A stretch of DNA of 64,000 nt from the NCBI GenBank assembly GCA_037379345.1, contig CM074514.1:18972001-19036000 (forward strand), given 5' to 3'. How positions within the stretch are numbered: position 1 is the first letter of the stretch; the number at the start of each line of letters is the position of its first letter. The position numbers and the translations under genes are program-made. This stretch comes from Perna viridis. Lineage: Eukaryota. The notes below the pieces were generated by a model. That model was not told where the DNA came from, ran no database searches, and saw only the letters and a program-made list of their open reading frames with translations. This document shows positions 61,561 to 64,000 of the stretch, one piece after another.

Positions 61561-63668
61561 ATGACAGGAATAAGGAAAGGTAAGTTAATAAGTTAGTAAA
61601 TAACTTTTGAACAATAAGTAATACAAATTTAATTTTTAAAAATAATTTTGTTTGGTTTTATTGATTATGTATGTTAATAGTTGAACTAGGTCATTCTAAA
61701 TTCAGAGTTCAGTTATCAAGATACCCTTTACTGCCGTTAAATTCCGTTTTTAGTAGTAATTACTACTTTGGTCATTGTGTTCACGTTATACTTGTTAAAA
61801 CCTGGTTTACGACGACATGAAATTTAATACTTATCAAAACTAAAGATTCGGATGGTTACACATTCCTTACTGGGTTATTCTTTTCTATTGGTTATTAAAT
61901 ATACTCAACCTTTTCGTAAAAAATTGATAACGTCTAGCCCATAAAAGAAAGAACAAATGGGGTTTAAATACGTTTATGTGTACTGATTTGTGTGGTTACA
62001 TTTTTCTTTATCATATGCTCTGTTTGTGTGTATCACCATTCACACACAACTCAGATTACTGTAGATAAGAGAAGGACAAAGTATACATGTAGATCCTAGT
62101 ATATATATCAATATAAGTACACTCACAGTATACATAAACATGTGATCATTATAAAAATCCTTCGTATAGTTCTCAATTGATGTTGAGGTGCTTGTGCACT
62201 GACATGACAAGCGCAACCAATTTATAACAAATTAGTTACTAATTCAGCATTTAGTTTACATGATAATGATCAGAATGAATTATTTATTCCAACATGGTTA
62301 ATTTCTTAATTGTTTAAATAGTTCCTTGTTCATAAAATAAGTTGTTGACTATTAAAGTAAGATTTACTTCCTTAATTTTTCAAGTAAAAAAACTCTCTTG
62401 ATCAAATACTGGGTAAAATGAAAAATGACCAAAAACCTGACGCATCAAGAACAATTTAAACTGCAACAGACTAAAAACGAACTAAACAATCACAATTTTC
62501 TTTTTTTTTCAGATGTTTTGACTTTTATGCCTCTTAACTGTGCCTGGGCTCAGGATTTACTCGACAATGTTTATAAAACATGTCTTTCAAAAGGTCCATT
62601 AAAAGGGTGGATCCCAATGAAAATTCATATTGTGGACAATCCAGATTTGGAGGAAGCATTTGAAGATCGTAAAGAGTCACTGCGGAAAATGGTAGGAAAA
62701 GAAGAATAGCTTTCATCAATTGTAGAACCAATTTTTTTGTTAATGGACGATTTTCTCCTTTTATACATCTTCATACTGTGATTTAATGACGGCGTGGTTT
62801 GCCATTTACAGCAGCTGTTTATTTATTTATTTATTTTTTTGATTGATAGTCTATGTTTGCTTTGGTAAAAGCAAATATTATTTCAGGTGTTTTTTTTTAA
62901 TCATGGTTGATCTAACCTATCATGTATTTATGTTGTTTCAGGGGAGAACCGAGGAAGAACTTAAGGAGGTTTATTGTTTCGTGGCCGAATCTTGGAAAGC
63001 AGTTGTTAGCATGTGTAAATATGGCATCAGGTGTTCTATAAAAAAGACAAACATATTGGGAGATACCAGGGCTGGAATACATTTAAACCGAAATTATGAC
63101 ATGTTGTTGAAATTCATGACGTTCAGGAATTTTATTTCGGCAAGATGTATCGTTGTTTTAAAGGTACGAAAACATTTAATTACTCATTAGAAGTGACATT
63201 ATTGTGTTAACATGCAATCTAGGTTAAAAATTGATCTGTCTTTCCCACGCACTGGGTTCTTTGAGTCCAGCTTATGGTAGACTGCTTTTTGCTCAATTAT
63301 TTTAAAACAATTTACGGTGTATTTTTTTTATTTGTTATACTTCAGTTTGTCTTTTTACATATTTCATTTTCTAACAGATGGATCATTATGTAAACTAGTT
63401 TAACAGTATGATATTGCACCCTATTTCCATCGTTTGATAAACTTTAAAAGAACTGAAGTGTTGTAAATAGAAAAATGTCTAAATTTGTATGTAAATTGCA
63501 AGCCATCTTTTTTTTAATTTTTAGGTTATCCCTGGACGTACTAAGCGAGTAATGCCAAGATTCAAAGGGCGAACACTACTTCATCCTTCTAAACATTATG
63601 ATTCACACATATCTGTAATCGATGCAGATCCACATATACCCATAAATGAAGGCCTCGCAAACAATTTC
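61561..63668 (+). CDS. TASOR/TEX15-like DUF3715 (pseudo-PARP) domain protein, 3'-incomplete; exons 61561-61579, 62513-62691, 62942-63163, 63525-63668
   Basis: Phase-consistent splicing (1,0,0,0). 'IVDNPDLEEAFEDRKESLRKMGRTEEELKEVYCF..MCKYGI..NILGDTRAGIHLNRNYDML..IVVLKVIPGRTKRV..LHPSKHYDSHIS' aligns by eye with TASOR/TEX15 'LVHNELLEKEF..R.EL...GR..KEL.E.YAF..ICEKGL..ILG.PS.GVYL.RY.D..FK...GK.K..DP.P.H.CH.S'. Confidence 0.85.
62513..62691 (+). CDS. DUF3715 gene exon 2
   Basis: Strong polypyrimidine tract + cag; donor ATG|gtagga. Confidence 0.88.
62942..63163 (+). CDS. DUF3715 gene exon 3
   Basis: tttcag / AAG|gtacga; 74 codons. Confidence 0.9.
63525..63668 (+). CDS. DUF3715 gene exon 4
   Basis: ttttag / TTC|gtaagt; 48 codons, open. 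Confidence 0.87.
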
Positions 63669-63748
63669 GTAAGTATCTGTTAAGGTAAATAGTTATCACA
63701 TATTAAGGATTGTAATTATGAATGTATTTTAGATAAAAATGATATTAG

Positions 63749-63933
63749 GTGCACCTGGTCCATGCTTCCAGTTATTAGTGGAGTCCGAGTTGCTCATTTG
63801 CTTTTGTTACTTTGTATGTATGATTTTAGTTACTTTATGTTCTTTGTTGTCTATGCCTGTTTTCCATGTCGGATCTTTGTCCCTGGATTACATTCTTTTG
63901 ATTACCGCTATAACCTTGGTTCCCTTGATTACT
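63749..63933 (+). mobile_element. PLE 3'-end copy in intron 4 of the DUF3715 gene
   Basis: High similarity to 49510-49695. Confidence 0.8.
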
Positions 63934-64000
63934 CATTAACGAATTCTAAAATGCTCAGTATCAAATTATAAAACAAGATGAAAGTTTACAACAAAGTTTA

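Overview
AT-rich animal genomic DNA with spliceosomal introns; the repeat families and gene content suggest a bivalve mollusc (mussel-like), which is an inference. Three protein-coding genes can be reconstructed by hand with phase-consistent GT-AG splice sites. (1) A TRPM-family cation channel (invertebrate TRPM2-like pore) on the minus strand: 22 coding exons from 31468 down to 21, about 1309 codons through S6, continuing off the left edge. (2) A nearly intronless EF-hand + WD40 gene of the WDY/WDR49/WDR64/EFCAB8 family on the minus strand (44247-40696 joined to 39393-39064, about 1293 aa). (3) The 5' part of a TASOR/TEX15-like DUF3715 (pseudo-PARP) gene on the plus strand from 61561, continuing off the right edge. 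The rest is repeat-rich: Helentron/HINE-type elements with internal tandem repeats, a 168-bp array, six 5'-truncated copies of a Penelope-like retroelement end, a TSD-flanked SINE-like insert with a pseudoknotted 5' head, decayed CR1/L2-group and RTE LINEs, many MITEs and a ~1.9-kb foldback palindrome. CpG is depleted across the TRPM gene body and reappears from about 34.6 kb. The best candidates for something new are two structured RNA motifs carried by retroelements and the divergent TASOR/TEX15-like gene. None of these has been checked by computation or database search.
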